Source: Catajapyx aquilonaris (lineage: Eukaryota). From it: a stretch of DNA of 64,000 nucleotides. The notes beneath the pieces were generated by a model. It worked only from the letters and a program-made list of their open reading frames with translations, searched no databases and was not told where the DNA came from. Below, one piece after another: positions 12,220-24,400 of the stretch (position 1 is its first letter; each line of letters opens with the position of its first letter). Made by a program: the position numbers and the translations under genes. Where the stretch lies: assembly GCA_000934665.2 (NCBI GenBank), contig KZ538482.1, positions 1 to 64,000 of the forward strand, in the 5' to 3' direction.

Positions 12220-13111
12220 TGCTTCAGCAAAAAAGAAATTTGACCACCTCGTCTTAGCGCAGCAATGGCCAAACACCTTCTGCTACACATGGAAGGTTGG
12301 GGATCACTGCAATCGGCATTGCAATATTCCCACACCCACAGACCAGTGGACCATTCATGGGTTGTGGCCCTCTCAAGGTGCCACTACGCGACCCAGTTAC
12401 TGTCCTGGAAAAAAATTCAACATCACTCAACTGAAGCCACTAGAAAACGACCTGAAGCAAAGGTGGCCCAATATAAAAGGGACAAGAAAGGATGCGGATT
12501 TCTGGAAGTATGAGTGGAGAAAGCATGGCACATGTGCTACTCAGCTTCCTGACCTACACACTGAAGCGGACTACTTCAATAAGACTTTGCAACTTAGCTC
12601 CCAATTTAACTTGACCGAAAGGCTGATTAATGTGCCACCCAATGATTTCAAAAACACCAGTCTGGATGAAATCTTTATAGCTCTTGGAATTGGCCCGAAT
12701 GTTCAAGTGATGTGTTCTACAAATGATAAAAAGGTGAGTCCATGACAATTAGGTGTTGATGGGGGGTATCCCACTACGGAAAATGTGGCATTTAGGCTTT
12801 TATTATGATAATGTGATGCACTTTCAAACTGTATTTATTAACATTCTTATGAATTTTTTGTACCGTTACAGACATACTACCTGCAGGAAATAAGGATATG
12901 CCTGAAAAGATCTTTAGAAGTAGGTGATTGCCCCATACCAACAACAGAGGATGATGAAAATTCCTTTCAATTGAGACCCTGCCCAGCAGAAAATATCGCC
13001 TACCCTAGCGCAGTACCAAGAATTGGTGGGCGCTGTGGTGCTGGTGACTTGCAAGGTTCCTTGATCAATGTTGCTTCTTTGCTCTTGGTCATGTTACTTA
13101 TCCATAAATAA
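12220..13111 (+). CDS. Ribonuclease T2 family protein, paralogue 2 (divergent, hydrophobic C-terminal tail); first exon unresolved
   Basis: Exons 12220-12733 (ASAKKKFDHLVLAQQWP...WTIHGLWP...FWKYEWRKHGTC...STNDKK) and 12872-13111 (TYYLQEIRICL...RCGAGDLQGSLINVASLLLVMLLIHK*). Same intron position as the paralogues. Candidate signal exon 10978-11023. Confidence 0.88.
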
Positions 13112-13706
13112 CCTCAATAACCAATAATTTCTTAATTACTGTAGCAACAATCAGCGAGCAAAACTGACATACTTATTAATGAAGGCTGATAAAATTGCAT
13201 TTCAGTGATTACACATGAATAAATGTGGAAGTTCTAATGTTATAAATTAAGCTGTAAGCTTCACTTCTAACATGGAAATAATACTACATTTATATCTGTG
13301 GTATGCTGTGAAATAATAAACAAAACTTTACTCGTCATATCTTCTTCATTTGATTTTCTGCTAATATTGCATGAATATGGTGATGGTTCCTAACACATCT
13401 AGAAAGAAGATCCAGTGTGCTTCCCAAGAACGTTTTAGAAATGCTGGACTAGTACACATCCTGAGAGTCAACATGTATAGATGATTTGAAAACAGTGATT
13501 CACAGTAGTTATTCAACATGAATGAGTACTGAAATTGCACTAAAATCATGTCAGGCCACTTTGTGACGAAGCTCAGGGGCTGATAACAAAATATGTCACC
13601 ACCCATCCTGATTGCAGATCATCCGCAGGTATTGTTAGCCAAGATTACACTTATCACATTGCCTCATATTGCCTCTTTTTACTCGTAAACATCATAAACA
13701 ACCAAC

Positions 13707-15196
13707 ATGGCAGCATACAAACACGCAATTTACGCCTTCCTCCTGACCGTACCTCTGCTGTGGCAATGCAGGTAAACTGTTCACTCTTCTCTCAATACGT
13801 TACTATTATAATTTATTATTCTTGCAATGTCCTGTGTGGACATTTGCAAAATATTTCTCGCTAAAGAACACTAGGCATATAAAATACAACAAAATAAATT
13901 CACAATTTATTGATATTCTGCCATGTTCAGTAACATTGGAGATATTTTTACCCTAGTAGATATCAATGATTTCTTAATTACTGTACATTACACAGATAAT
14001 GAGCCTCACCCAATATTTCCTGAATTTCTTAAGCACTGGCATGAGCATCGACTACAGCTGGGATTACATGGTATTCACCCAGACATGGCCAATCCCCTTT
14101 TGCTTAACGTGGAAACAGAAATCCTCCAAACACTGGTGCACCATGCCCAAGGATCCTGACCAGTGGACCATTCATGGCGTGTGGCCCAACAAGTACGGCC
14201 AAAGGGGACCCAACAATTGCAACAGCTCCTGGCCATTTGATATGAGCCAGATCGAACCATTCCAAGCTGACCTGGAGCAAAGGTGGCCCAATTTGGAAGG
14301 AGGAACCAAGCTGCAGTGGCTGTGGCAGCATGAGTGGACCAAGCACGGAACGTGTGCTGCACAACTGAATGCCATGAACAGCGTTGGAAAGTACTTCAAG
14401 AAGGGGCTGGATCTGAATGCACAATATAACATGACCCGGATTTTGGGAACTGGAGGCGTGCTGCCAAACGACTGCACAAATTACAGTGCAAAACAAATTG
14501 TCAGTGCAATTAAAGCAACCATTGGAACCGACCTGCAAGTAACATGCGCCAAGGATAAGGTTAGTGATCATCATCTATAGATTGTACATTGAGAGGTCCA
14601 TGACGTAAATGGATACCAATTTAGAACTCTGCACTTGTTCACAATAACAGCAGTTCCTCTGCTTCTGGGCACATTGCCAGGTGGAACATCGACTTCCATG
14701 ATAAGGATATAGTTGTTTTATGTTGCCCAGAATTGCAACAAAAAAAATCATGTGAATTTATACGTACCAGGATTAAATGAACATTAAATGAGCATTTCTG
14801 CGTGCTGCCTTCAGTTCAGTAACTCTGCAGAAGCAGTCCTACACATGAATATTGTCACCGAAAAAATATCTCATTAGTATGTTGAGATAATGACTTTGAA
14901 TGCCGAAACATTGAAGATTTGCCCTCTTTACTTACTTACTACCACCCCCTAAAACCAACACGCACCTGACACATTAATCACAAATTCTCATTACATTGCA
15001 GCAAGGAGTCCATTACCTGCAAGAGGTCAGGATCTGTGTAGACAAGTCTTTCCAACCCATTGACTGCACTAAGACAATGATGGATGCACTGGATGCCCCA
15101 GGAGTCAATGCAGGAACTTGTCCAAATGGACAGGTCATCAACTATCCCAAAACCATGTCAGGTTTTTACAGCCAGTGCACAGGCCCAAACATGTAA
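13707..15196 (+). CDS. Ribonuclease T2 family protein, paralogue 3
   Basis: Exons 13707-13771 (signal peptide MAAYKHAIYAFLLTVPLLWQC), 14034-14559, 15002-15196. CAS I WTIHGVWP, CAS II LWQHEWTKHGTC. AATAAA near 15298. Confidence 0.93.
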
Positions 15197-15918
15197 AACG
15201 ACATTGAAATATGATAAGTATTTGCATTATGATGAGGATCAGATCATGCATTAGCTGCCTCACCCTTGTGTTATTAACATTTTGCTAATTGTTCCAAAAT
15301 AAACTGAATTGCATCTATTTTCATGCTATTCCTGGTAAAGGCAAACAATAGTGATTGTCCCATGATCTGCATGTTTACAATTTCCTTGACAATATTTTGA
15401 TAACGTTATAATAACAGATTACTTCCCACCAAAATTATAGGTCTAAAAAGGTCAAGCTTCCCGTACCTTATCTTCAGATAATTCCTTAAAAATAAGTATG
15501 TGCATGTCTAAATTAGGCGATTTAAAAATAACAATGGATATAATATGATTTACATGATGATGTGGCAGCTTTCCCGTGTTTTATTTGCTCTTGTTGATCA
15601 AGTCATCCTTATAAGAAACTCCATAATTCTTACAAGGTACAGCCCTCGCAATCCATATTGTGAGTACACCAAGCATTTTTAAATCCATCATTTTATTTCA
15701 CAGTCACTTGAGAATTGCATTCTTGCAGCATAATCTTTCTTTTTTTTGTTTTCGTTTTTTTTTAAACCCCACTCCCTCCAGAAGAAACAAAGCACATGCA
15801 CCTAGCAAAACTGGAATCCTCACTTTGTCTCTGGAAAACTTCCATAGGTAAATGTATAAATGAGAACAGGGGAACAAAATGCAGTTGGAATACGTTGCCT
15901 GCAGTTCCAATGTCTTTT

Positions 15919-18900
15919 TCACTGGGAACGAGTCACAATAAGTACAGCCGAAGGCACCAGTCCTGGAGAACAACAGAAAATTGCAATGCATTGTACGCAG
16001 ACCACTACACTACTTGCTGACAGGTACTCACCAAGTACGTCTAATGGAGCCTCATAGTCCTCCTCAGTAAAGATTTTGTTGGGGAAGGCTGTCATGAGAG
16101 CAAAAGGGGCTCCCCCATCAGTGCGGTTCAACTCCACATATAGTCTCACAGCTGCCAGTTGCTCTTTTGCACCAAATGTTTGCGTCAGGGCTTCTCCATT
16201 GGTCAGCCGAATCTAATGGGGAAAAAAAATACATGCACTTAAAGGGGGAACCAACAGCTGAATAGTGAATGCACTTGTTTAAAAGATCTGAACTAAATTG
16301 ATAAGAACATGTTAGGTGATACATCCCATCAGACACCTTAGCTTATTTCATACGTTGGGTTTGGATTTTATTATCCGAGTAAGGAGGCTTCTCAGACAAA
16401 TTGATATCACTACATAGACCAATCCTCTGATTCCCAACGAGATCTGCAATCAGCGAACTATTGAGCAAAATGGCTCGCAGGTTATACAGGCATACAAAAC
16501 CCCACCTCATCAAGAACAGCAACATCATAACCTGCAGAAGAGCAAACTCCTTTTATGAAATGTGACACAGGACTTCATAAAGGGTCAGGATCTAGAAGTG
16601 ATATGGTTCAACAAGATAAGTGCTACTTTGCAGATATCAGTACAATCTCATTGAAGTATTTACCTAAGTGATGAAACAAAACTATTCGATCTTTACAGCC
16701 ACAATAATACAATGAACAATTATTATAGAATTTCTGTACAGGTGTGAAGAACAGTGAAATGGTTGTACACGGCTGGACAAAATAGCAGGGTTAACCAGAG
16801 GAATACCCTAGGGGAACCATCAAATGTGCTTATAAATTCTGTCTCTCCACAATTTTACACTTTGCATAGAGTAATACACTATATTTAACCCTGTACTGCA
16901 CATTTTCAGGATTGTGGGAAGAAAAAAATCTAACGCCTTTTTCTCATCATAGGCGACGTAAGAATGGTTTTTATATGTTTTGGTCATCTCTGACCCAATG
17001 ACTTTGAAGTTACATCGGCTGAATCAAAAGTCATGGCGAGTATTTTTTAATTCAAAAACGGTAACACATACAGAGATGACCTTTGGTAAGTTTTGAAGGC
17101 CCGGCGATTACAATTTGATCTGATATATAGATGGCATCTATATCGCAAAGGGGTCGTACATGTCGCAAAGGGGATCTCATATGGGGATGGGATAGGGATG
17201 GAAGGAAGCGGCTGCGGCCTATAATTACGGACACGACCCCAGAATTTTCCTGGTGAGACCATGGGAAACCACAGAAAACCACGGTCAGGGTCGGCGGCCC
17301 CCGGGATTCGAACCCAGGACATCCCGATTAGCAGTCGGATACCATATCCCCTCCGCTACCACTGCTTCAGTGAAAAATGTAATTATAAGTTCAGACTTTG
17401 GCAGCCATTAACATTTGGGTTGAGCTCACCTGAAGCCTAGTCTCTGCATACTCCTTAGCAGCTTTGGTAGCTGTGGAGGAAACGGTTGCTGACGAAGGAG
17501 GCAGAGAGGACTTTGGTAGATTGGCAGAAGATGGTAGGGCCTCAGAAGTTGCAGCAGCCTCTGGAGGGGCAGCCATCCCAAACTTGGCCCTGCGCATGAT
17601 CTTGTCCTGCTCGATCTGTGCCTTCACCCTGTCTCGGGCAGCCTTGGCTTCCTGCTTCTCCCTGCGCCTCAGCTCAGCCAGCTTACGGATCTCTTCATCC
17701 TCCATCTTCCGCTTGGCTTCAGCCAGCTCTTTCCCTGCCTTTATCCGCTGTTTCTCTCTCTCTATGGCATCCTTTTTCTCCTGCTCTTCCCTCTCACGGC
17801 GCTTCTGACGTAGCTTCTCCTCTATTTTGCGTAACTGTTCCCTCTTCTCCTCTTCAGTTAAAGGGCGCTTCTCCTCTTTAGATTCACTAAAATTGCTGTG
17901 GCCTGTCTTCACAGCATGGAACTCCACCTCTTCTGTTGTCAGAAACAGCTTGCCACAGCTTTGGTAAAACAAGGAAACAAATTTTTACATCCAATTAGAC
18001 GTCATGTAAAGGTCAGATTGTACTCTTAAGTGCAAGTATACTTGGTCTGTTCTTGTTTAACAGCATCACCAATACTAATACAGTTGACTCCAACAGCTTC
18101 GGCTATAACAGACATGAAAGGCAGGTCCCAGCATACTTCCGTAAGGACCTGTGTATTTTTTACTCCTAATATAACAGACTCATTTTCACCTCTCCTCGGG
18201 TATAGCAGACCATTTCTTGGCCCCCTCAGTGGAAAAACTAAGCCGTTTCTGGTATAAAATTGGCAAGAAAGAGAGAGCAGAAAAAAATTTATGACTTTTT
18301 TGGTACTGCATAATTTCCGGATGAGCTAATATTGCATTTTTGATGAATTTCTTTAGTCAGTATGCAGTAGTGTCCCGTATAGGCATATGGAAAGCAGAAA
18401 ACTTTCCGTATTCGTGGCAAAAGAGGCGATTTGGCTACAACATACTTTTTCCGCAGTCCCTTGAGAAGGCAGTTACATCTGGATTAAATTAATTCCGTGG
18501 TTTCCAACCTGTGGGTCGGGACCCCCCGGGGGGTTGCGAGCTTTGGTTCAACCTTTAAAATTGCAATTTATATGCAATAATGAATAATTTAATAATAAAA
18601 ATGAGTGAATACCATATACGAGTTTCATGCCTGAGTTCGGCAAGAGAAATACGGCAACTTTCGCCCTCACAGTCTCCTCTATCGTCGGAGGCTCCGCTAC
18701 CGAGCTCGCTACGGAGTCAATCAAGCTGCACTTATATTTGGAGGAAAACAGCTATCCAGGGGAAGCAGATGCAATGATTGAAAATGGCTTTGTGTCAGCT
18801 GGCGTATTTTGCTGATATGTTTAAGGAGCTGAATATGCTCAACACTTCTCTGCAAGGGGTGAAATTAAGCAGCAGTTTTTCATCGCATGAAAAAATAATG

Positions 18901-20240
18901 GCATTTTAATTAAAACTCGAATTCTGGCTGACAGAAAAAAGTGGATCAATCTTCATTTGAAATGTTTCATCGGCTGCAAGAGTATAGCACGAAGTCATTG
19001 TGTGTCTGAAGAAAGAGCAGAAGAAGGCGGAGGATGACTTGGTATCATTACAAACCGGAAGGCCCAACACTAAAACTCATCCGGAGTACATATGTAACAA
19101 TGACAGGATCATCAATTTACAACAGCGTGTTTTAGGTCCGGATCCCTACAGTGGAATGAATTTTTGGATGGAGTAAGCCATATGCCCATATTTTTTAGAC
19201 ACATCCTGTCCATTACTTTTAAACTATTTAAGCAAATAGAATCAACGATAAATAAATGAAAATATTTAGATCACAAATGCAGTGTTACTTTATTCTTTCC
19301 TTTCATTGCCTTGTATCTTTGTGCACCAGTCCTGCATGCAGCGACATGGGGCACTGAGAAATGGAAATGAATCATCGGTGGCGATTTGGGGTGGGTGGCA
19401 AATCCATAGATGGCGAAATGGGGTGATGCCGTTTCTAAAGGGGGTCGACATCGGTAAAAGGTTGGAAACCACTGAACTAATTATTGTGAAACACATACAC
19501 CAAATGTTACTGATGAATTTCACTTCACCTGTTGTTCTCTGTGGTATCACATGCATTTCAGCACATGCAAATTGTATCCGAAAGAGCAAAAGGAAGGGTG
19601 ACGTACTCAGTGCATTGTATAGACTTTGCAAGTCCTTCCTCCGCTTCATTACTGTGATTATCCTCTCCTTCTCCTCCACCACCATCCGCCATCTCGGCCC
19701 CATTTCCATCTTCTTCTTTCATTGCTTCTACTTCCTCAGTGTCCATGTCCTTCTTTGCCTTGGTCTCCGCCTCCTCCGAGTCCATTTCAGACTTACTCCT
19801 CTCTTCCCTGACGTCCATCCCACCAGCCGACCCCACCTCAGCACCATCCTCCGTTCCTAGACCCAGAGCCGCATCCTGCTCCGGCTGCGAAGAGGAATCC
19901 ATGGAAGACTCGGCTACACCTGTGGGCATGGCTGGAGCCGCAACCGTAGACGACGCTGGAGCCAATGGTGCGTCCACATCCGGATCATCCCCATGAGCAA
20001 GCAGCCTAGAATATTTAAATCCATTATTTATTTATTTTAAATTAGTTGAGTATAAACGCGTGACGTACCACTCCATAGCGGCTTCGACTCCCTGGTTCCC
20101 GGTGATGACCAGCGCCTTCTCCCTGCAGTGAAATACAAGCATGACCTTTTGACCCTAAGCCTGGGACAATATGAAGAAATATGAACTCACGCCCTGGGCC
20201 TAGGGAAGCCCATCTCCTCGAGGGTGGTCAGCTCAGACAT
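15919..20240 (-). CDS. UBXN1: UBX domain-containing protein 1 (UBA, C2H2-type zinc finger, coiled coil, UBX; p97/VCP adaptor)
   Basis: Exons 20240-20191, 20122-20069, 20005-19607, 17958-17430, 16212-16032, 15962-15919. UBA (LEEMGFPRPRAEKAL...AAMEWLLAH), CTDCGKLF...HAVKTGH, ETRLQIRLTNG...TAFPNKIF...GLVPSAVLIV. Confidence 0.93.
17050..17371 (-). mobile_element. tRNA-derived SINE, same head/core family, in a UBXN1 intron
   Basis: Minus strand: tRNA-like head with B-box GGTTCGAATCCC, core GGTTTTCTGTGGTTTCCCATGG...TAGGCCGCAGCCGCTTCCTTCC. The 3' boundary is approximate. Confidence 0.75.
18495..18990 (+). mobile_element. Degenerate hAT (Charlie/Buster-like) transposon remnant
   Basis: TIR-like start CCGTGGTTTCCAACCT. 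From 18796 translates QLAYFADMFKELNMLNTSLQG...EKIMAF*LKLEFW, the LAYLADIF..LN.LN..LQG motif of this family, with an in-frame stop. Confidence 0.7.
19006..19185 (+). mobile_element. Possible MULE-type transposase C-terminal remnant
   Basis: LKKEQKKAEDDLVSLQTGRP...EYICNNDRIINLQQR, then a frameshift to FLDGVSH. Resembles MULE C-termini from memory only. Confidence 0.3.
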
Positions 20241-20694
20241 GGTTTCTCGCCCCGGGTCTCTGCCCCTAGTCCTGCCCCCCAAACGACCCCGCCTTGACCT
20301 CTGGCCCCCTCCGACCCCCTCAGGACACCTTACAAGTCGCAGGAGGCGAAAACACAATAATTTGTCGCCATTTCATCCGGTCAAAAGATGGGCGGTAGTC
20401 GCCGGTACTATCGCCCACCCCAGGTTTGGGCGGGAGGGAGGAGGGCTAAGGGCGGGGCCGGCCCCTGCGTTCCTTTATATTGCCTCCAGGACACCCTGGA
20501 GCACGGCTTGGAGGGCGAAACGTCTGGAAAAGTCTCTGGAAGCGGTTTTTTAAGAAAATTTGGCAACGATGCGACCGGCTTTGGTGGTAGATGTGGCAAC
20601 ATCGCGAGGATAAAATGGCGCCCGATTTGAGAGCATTTGAAACATTTTTCTGGGGGAAATTTTAACGGGAATGTTTTTGAACATTAATTTATTA

Positions 20695-21121
20695 GGCAGG
20701 GCATGCTAACTTGCGATTGACGTCATCGTTGTGTTTACCAACCGAAATCAGCCGAACGCACACCCGTTTTTCAAGTTTTCCATGGAAATGGGTCCGCTTG
20801 TTTACGTCAATGGAAATCTGCCGAACGCATTTCCATGGAAAACTTGAAAAACGAGTGTACGTTCGGCAGATTTCCGTTTGTTTACGAACTCCATCGGAGT
20901 CAATGTAAATCTGCCGAACGCACCCGCCCTTTCCATGGAAAACTGAAAAATCGGTTCATTTCCATTGGCTCGGAATAGGTAAACGAACGGAAATCTGCCG
21001 AACGTACCCCTGGAAGCACACCCATAAGTTTACCATAAAATGGGTGCGTTCGGCAGATTTCTGTTGACTCGAAGTTGGTAAACAAAGCGATGACGTCAAT
21101 GGCAAGTTAGCGTGGCCTGCC
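20695..21121. mobile_element. Foldback MITE with nested inverted repeats upstream of UBXN1
   Basis: ~50-bp imperfect TIRs (GGCAGG..GCTAACTTGC.ATTGACGTCATCG....GTTTACCAAC). Internal repeats of AAATCTGCCGAACG in both orientations, and an inner hairpin at about 20752-20866. Confidence 0.8.
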
Positions 21122-21214
21122 TTTTTTTTCTTCCAAATCTGCTGAGACTATAATTTCATTGTAATCACTAATCAGAAACTTACCCCATTTACATGTCCAA
21201 AGTAATTTCGACCA

Positions 21215-21497
21215 CCGAAGCACGTTGATGGCATAATGGATAAGGCGTCCGACTGCTAATCGGGAGGTCCTGGGTACGAATCCCGGGACCGGCAACTCTG
21301 ACCGTGGTTTTCTGTGGTTTCCCACGGTCCTTCCAGGAAAATTCCGGAGTTGCTTCCTTAATTAATAGGCCACAGCCGCTTTCTTCCGTCCCCATCCTGT
21401 CCCAAAGAGCACAGTAAAATGAGAAGCAAAGAGTTCCAGGCAAAACAAACTTCCCCCCTAAAGAGCCGATGGCTGATAACGGGGTATGAATTATTCT
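21215..21497 (+). mobile_element. tRNA-derived SINE
   Basis: A-box-like TGGCATAATGG, B-box-like GGTACGAATCCC, shared core. 14-bp TSD AGTAATTTCGACCA at 21201-21214 and 21498-21511. Confidence 0.88.
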
Positions 21498-24400
21498 AGT
21501 AATTTCGACCAATACATTGATCCTGCTATTACTCAACATATATTTATTTGTATGACATTGACACAGAATTTGTAAAAACACTTACTTGGTATATAGGGAA
21601 ACCCCCTGACCCCGGAACAGTTCTTTTTTTTCTTGTGACCACAGAAGCTCGGGGGATTCTCTCCAGCATATTTCGGGAGATCCCCTCTCACAATCAGACA
21701 AAAATGCAATACTGCACTTAGCATTATTATCACATTGCATTGATATGTAGTGCGCCTACATGCCTTCCCGAGCACAATAAATAACTATTGATAGTGTGCT
21801 GCCAAAATGAGTCAATCATGACAAGATATTGGATTATTAGGGGCGGGGAAAGCCCCAGGCACAAGGTATTTCCTGTATACGGCGCCACTACTCCGATGAC
21901 ACAGTAAATATGTACTTAGCACCAAATTTAGATTGTTTTGAAGATCCGGAGTGGAAGACTCAATGTTTGGCGACATATGGTTTAGTTGCTTCATTTTTTT
22001 CCGGGGATTTCTTTTAACGTGTCTCATCAGGGATGGATTGCACCATTTTGTGCTAATCTTGTTTATTGAGGAAATCTGAACTGTGGACACTATCGCCCCT
22101 GTTTTGCATGATCACATGCCCATATGTTGCAATAAATAATTGCCTAATAATTTTTTGTTTAGGCTACTATAATCCAAGAAACGTGCTTACGTGTTGATAC
22201 GGTTGACGTGACCGTTTAAATACTACCTGGGATTTTAGTTAAGTATACTCATACCCGGGATATTCCCCTACAACTTCCCACAAAAATATGGTTACGCCAC
22301 TATCATTGTCAAAATATTGACTTAATAATTTTTCACCCGCATCTTTCATATCATATTCCAAGTAGCACATTTACATGCCCGCATATATGCTTTTCTTTGT
22401 AACCTCCCAACAAAGCACCTTTTGTGTACGCCCATGTCGCCTTTGCTTTATCTATAACTAGAACCGGAATAGATGCAGGATAAGCAGAAGAGAACCCACG
22501 TGACAACCCCATGCGGCCTGTATCAAGAGTTTGGGTGCTGTATATGCGTCACCCGTCAGTGTTACTTGAGCTAACAAAAACCACTTGCGATTCCTTTGGT
22601 GTCATCCAGTTGTTCCATCCACTTCCTCTTGGCTTCAGGTCACTTACACCCAGTATGGAGTACTCCACAAGTAAGTCCTGTACATTGTTAAAAACATATT
22701 ATACAGTATTTTATTGGCTTCTCATTTTTATTTTTTTCAACCAATTTTGTGAAAATTTCTACTTAAAATAAGTGGAAAATGGAATTTTCACTATTTAAGT
22801 GGGAAATGGAATTTTCACTATTTAACTTAAGTGGAATAGGGCGTGCGTATATGGATGGGACTTATCCATTAGACTCAGCCTGGGATTTTCTGGGTGCGAT
22901 TGATGGGAAAGTCCAAAGGAAAGCTGGTGGACTCATTGCCCACATTTTCCTCCACCACCCCTTTGGCTAACCGAATACGGATAAATATGGTATATAATGT
23001 TGCAAGTAACACGGAAATTCCTGCCTGTTATTTTATTCCAATACTTGGGGGGGGGAGGGGGGGGAGTGTACAAACTTTCTATTGTCAACAATATTAATAT
23101 GGAAATTGCGGCGCTAGTGTGACGTATGGACTTTATGTATATAGAAATAATGTTGGTATGTACTGTGTGTGTATGTTACGAAGTGGGTTGTAAATCACCT
23201 GAAGCAATTTTCTACTGTACTTTATAACTACCTGACAGTATCGCATAAAATGGCACTATGTACTTACGCAACATTTTTGCGGTAATAATCCCACCACAAA
23301 TTACTTCCAATAGCATCTGCAAACCCTCTCATTGCACCTGCACCAGGTGCAAAACCAGTTCGCGAAAAATTGGCACCGACCTTGATTACCTGCACATGTT
23401 GTGCAGTCCTGGTAATCCCTACCATACCCTATTAAAGTTGGGATTCCCTCCCTCCCCCCCCCCCTCCCTCAAATAAATATCGGGTTTCCCGGTATGCTTC
23501 GGCAGTCTCTGTCCCAATTTACATTGCCCCAGTTGGAAAAACGTGTGCTGACACGTCGTACATGTGCCTTTTGCCGACCTGGTGACGTCAGGTTGGAAGG
23601 TTCATACAGGGATTTCCCAAGGGATTTTTTCCTGCCACCCCCTGTACACCCCCCCTAACCTCCCTCCTTGGCCTGCTTGTTGCGGTATGGCCCCATGTCA
23701 CTTCGTCTCCGTCCAACCATAGGCAAACAACAAACCCGTCCGTTATACCAACTGTGATAAGTTACCAGTGGACTGCATGTACGATTTGCAAGAGGAGTTA
23801 TGGGTATCCATGGGTGAGTGAACATTTTGCTATTGTGTTGTCCGTTACGTTTTTTTTTTTGCATGGTATATGCAACGGATGTTTTTGCAGGTCGTACACT
23901 TCCATGAAATAGTGATACAGAATTATTGTTTCGCAATTAATTATGATGATACTGATTTGAATAGCAGATTACGTGGGGTTGTGCTCTTCCTGCGGTATGG
24001 TCGTATGGATATAATTATTTCCATGCCTCATAAGTCATTAGCAGTACCATTAATAGCAAGCAGTGGGACGAAAATTTCATGGGGAAAACAATTGTGCATG
24101 AAAATCCATCGTGATTTTTTTTTTGTCAAGTACGTTTTTACCTGACGTAACTTATACTGTACGCTGTACTTTCCAGATTGCACATATTTATTTTACCATT
24201 TTTTTACCAATTCTAAAATCATATTTTGATGGATGCATATCTTCAAGTGTGACAATACCCTATCGTTGTCTTGTCATCAGAGACAATGACAAACCCTGAC
24301 AAACCCTTCCAAAAAGGTCTAGTTAGTTGGCGGGAATTCCTGATTATAGACAACGACTAGATGGGTAATACCCACTGGTTCTGGAATTTCTTCCCCCCCC

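Noticed and set aside
19282..19860. 192-aa plus-strand ORF and similar long antisense ORFs over UBXN1, cactus, Hop and XPO1
   Set aside because: Shadows of real exons on the other strand or frame, with no domain features.
21215..21295. tRNA gene (Ser-like anticodon loop CTGCTAA)
   Set aside because: It is the head of a SINE with TSDs and related copies; there is no proper acceptor stem.
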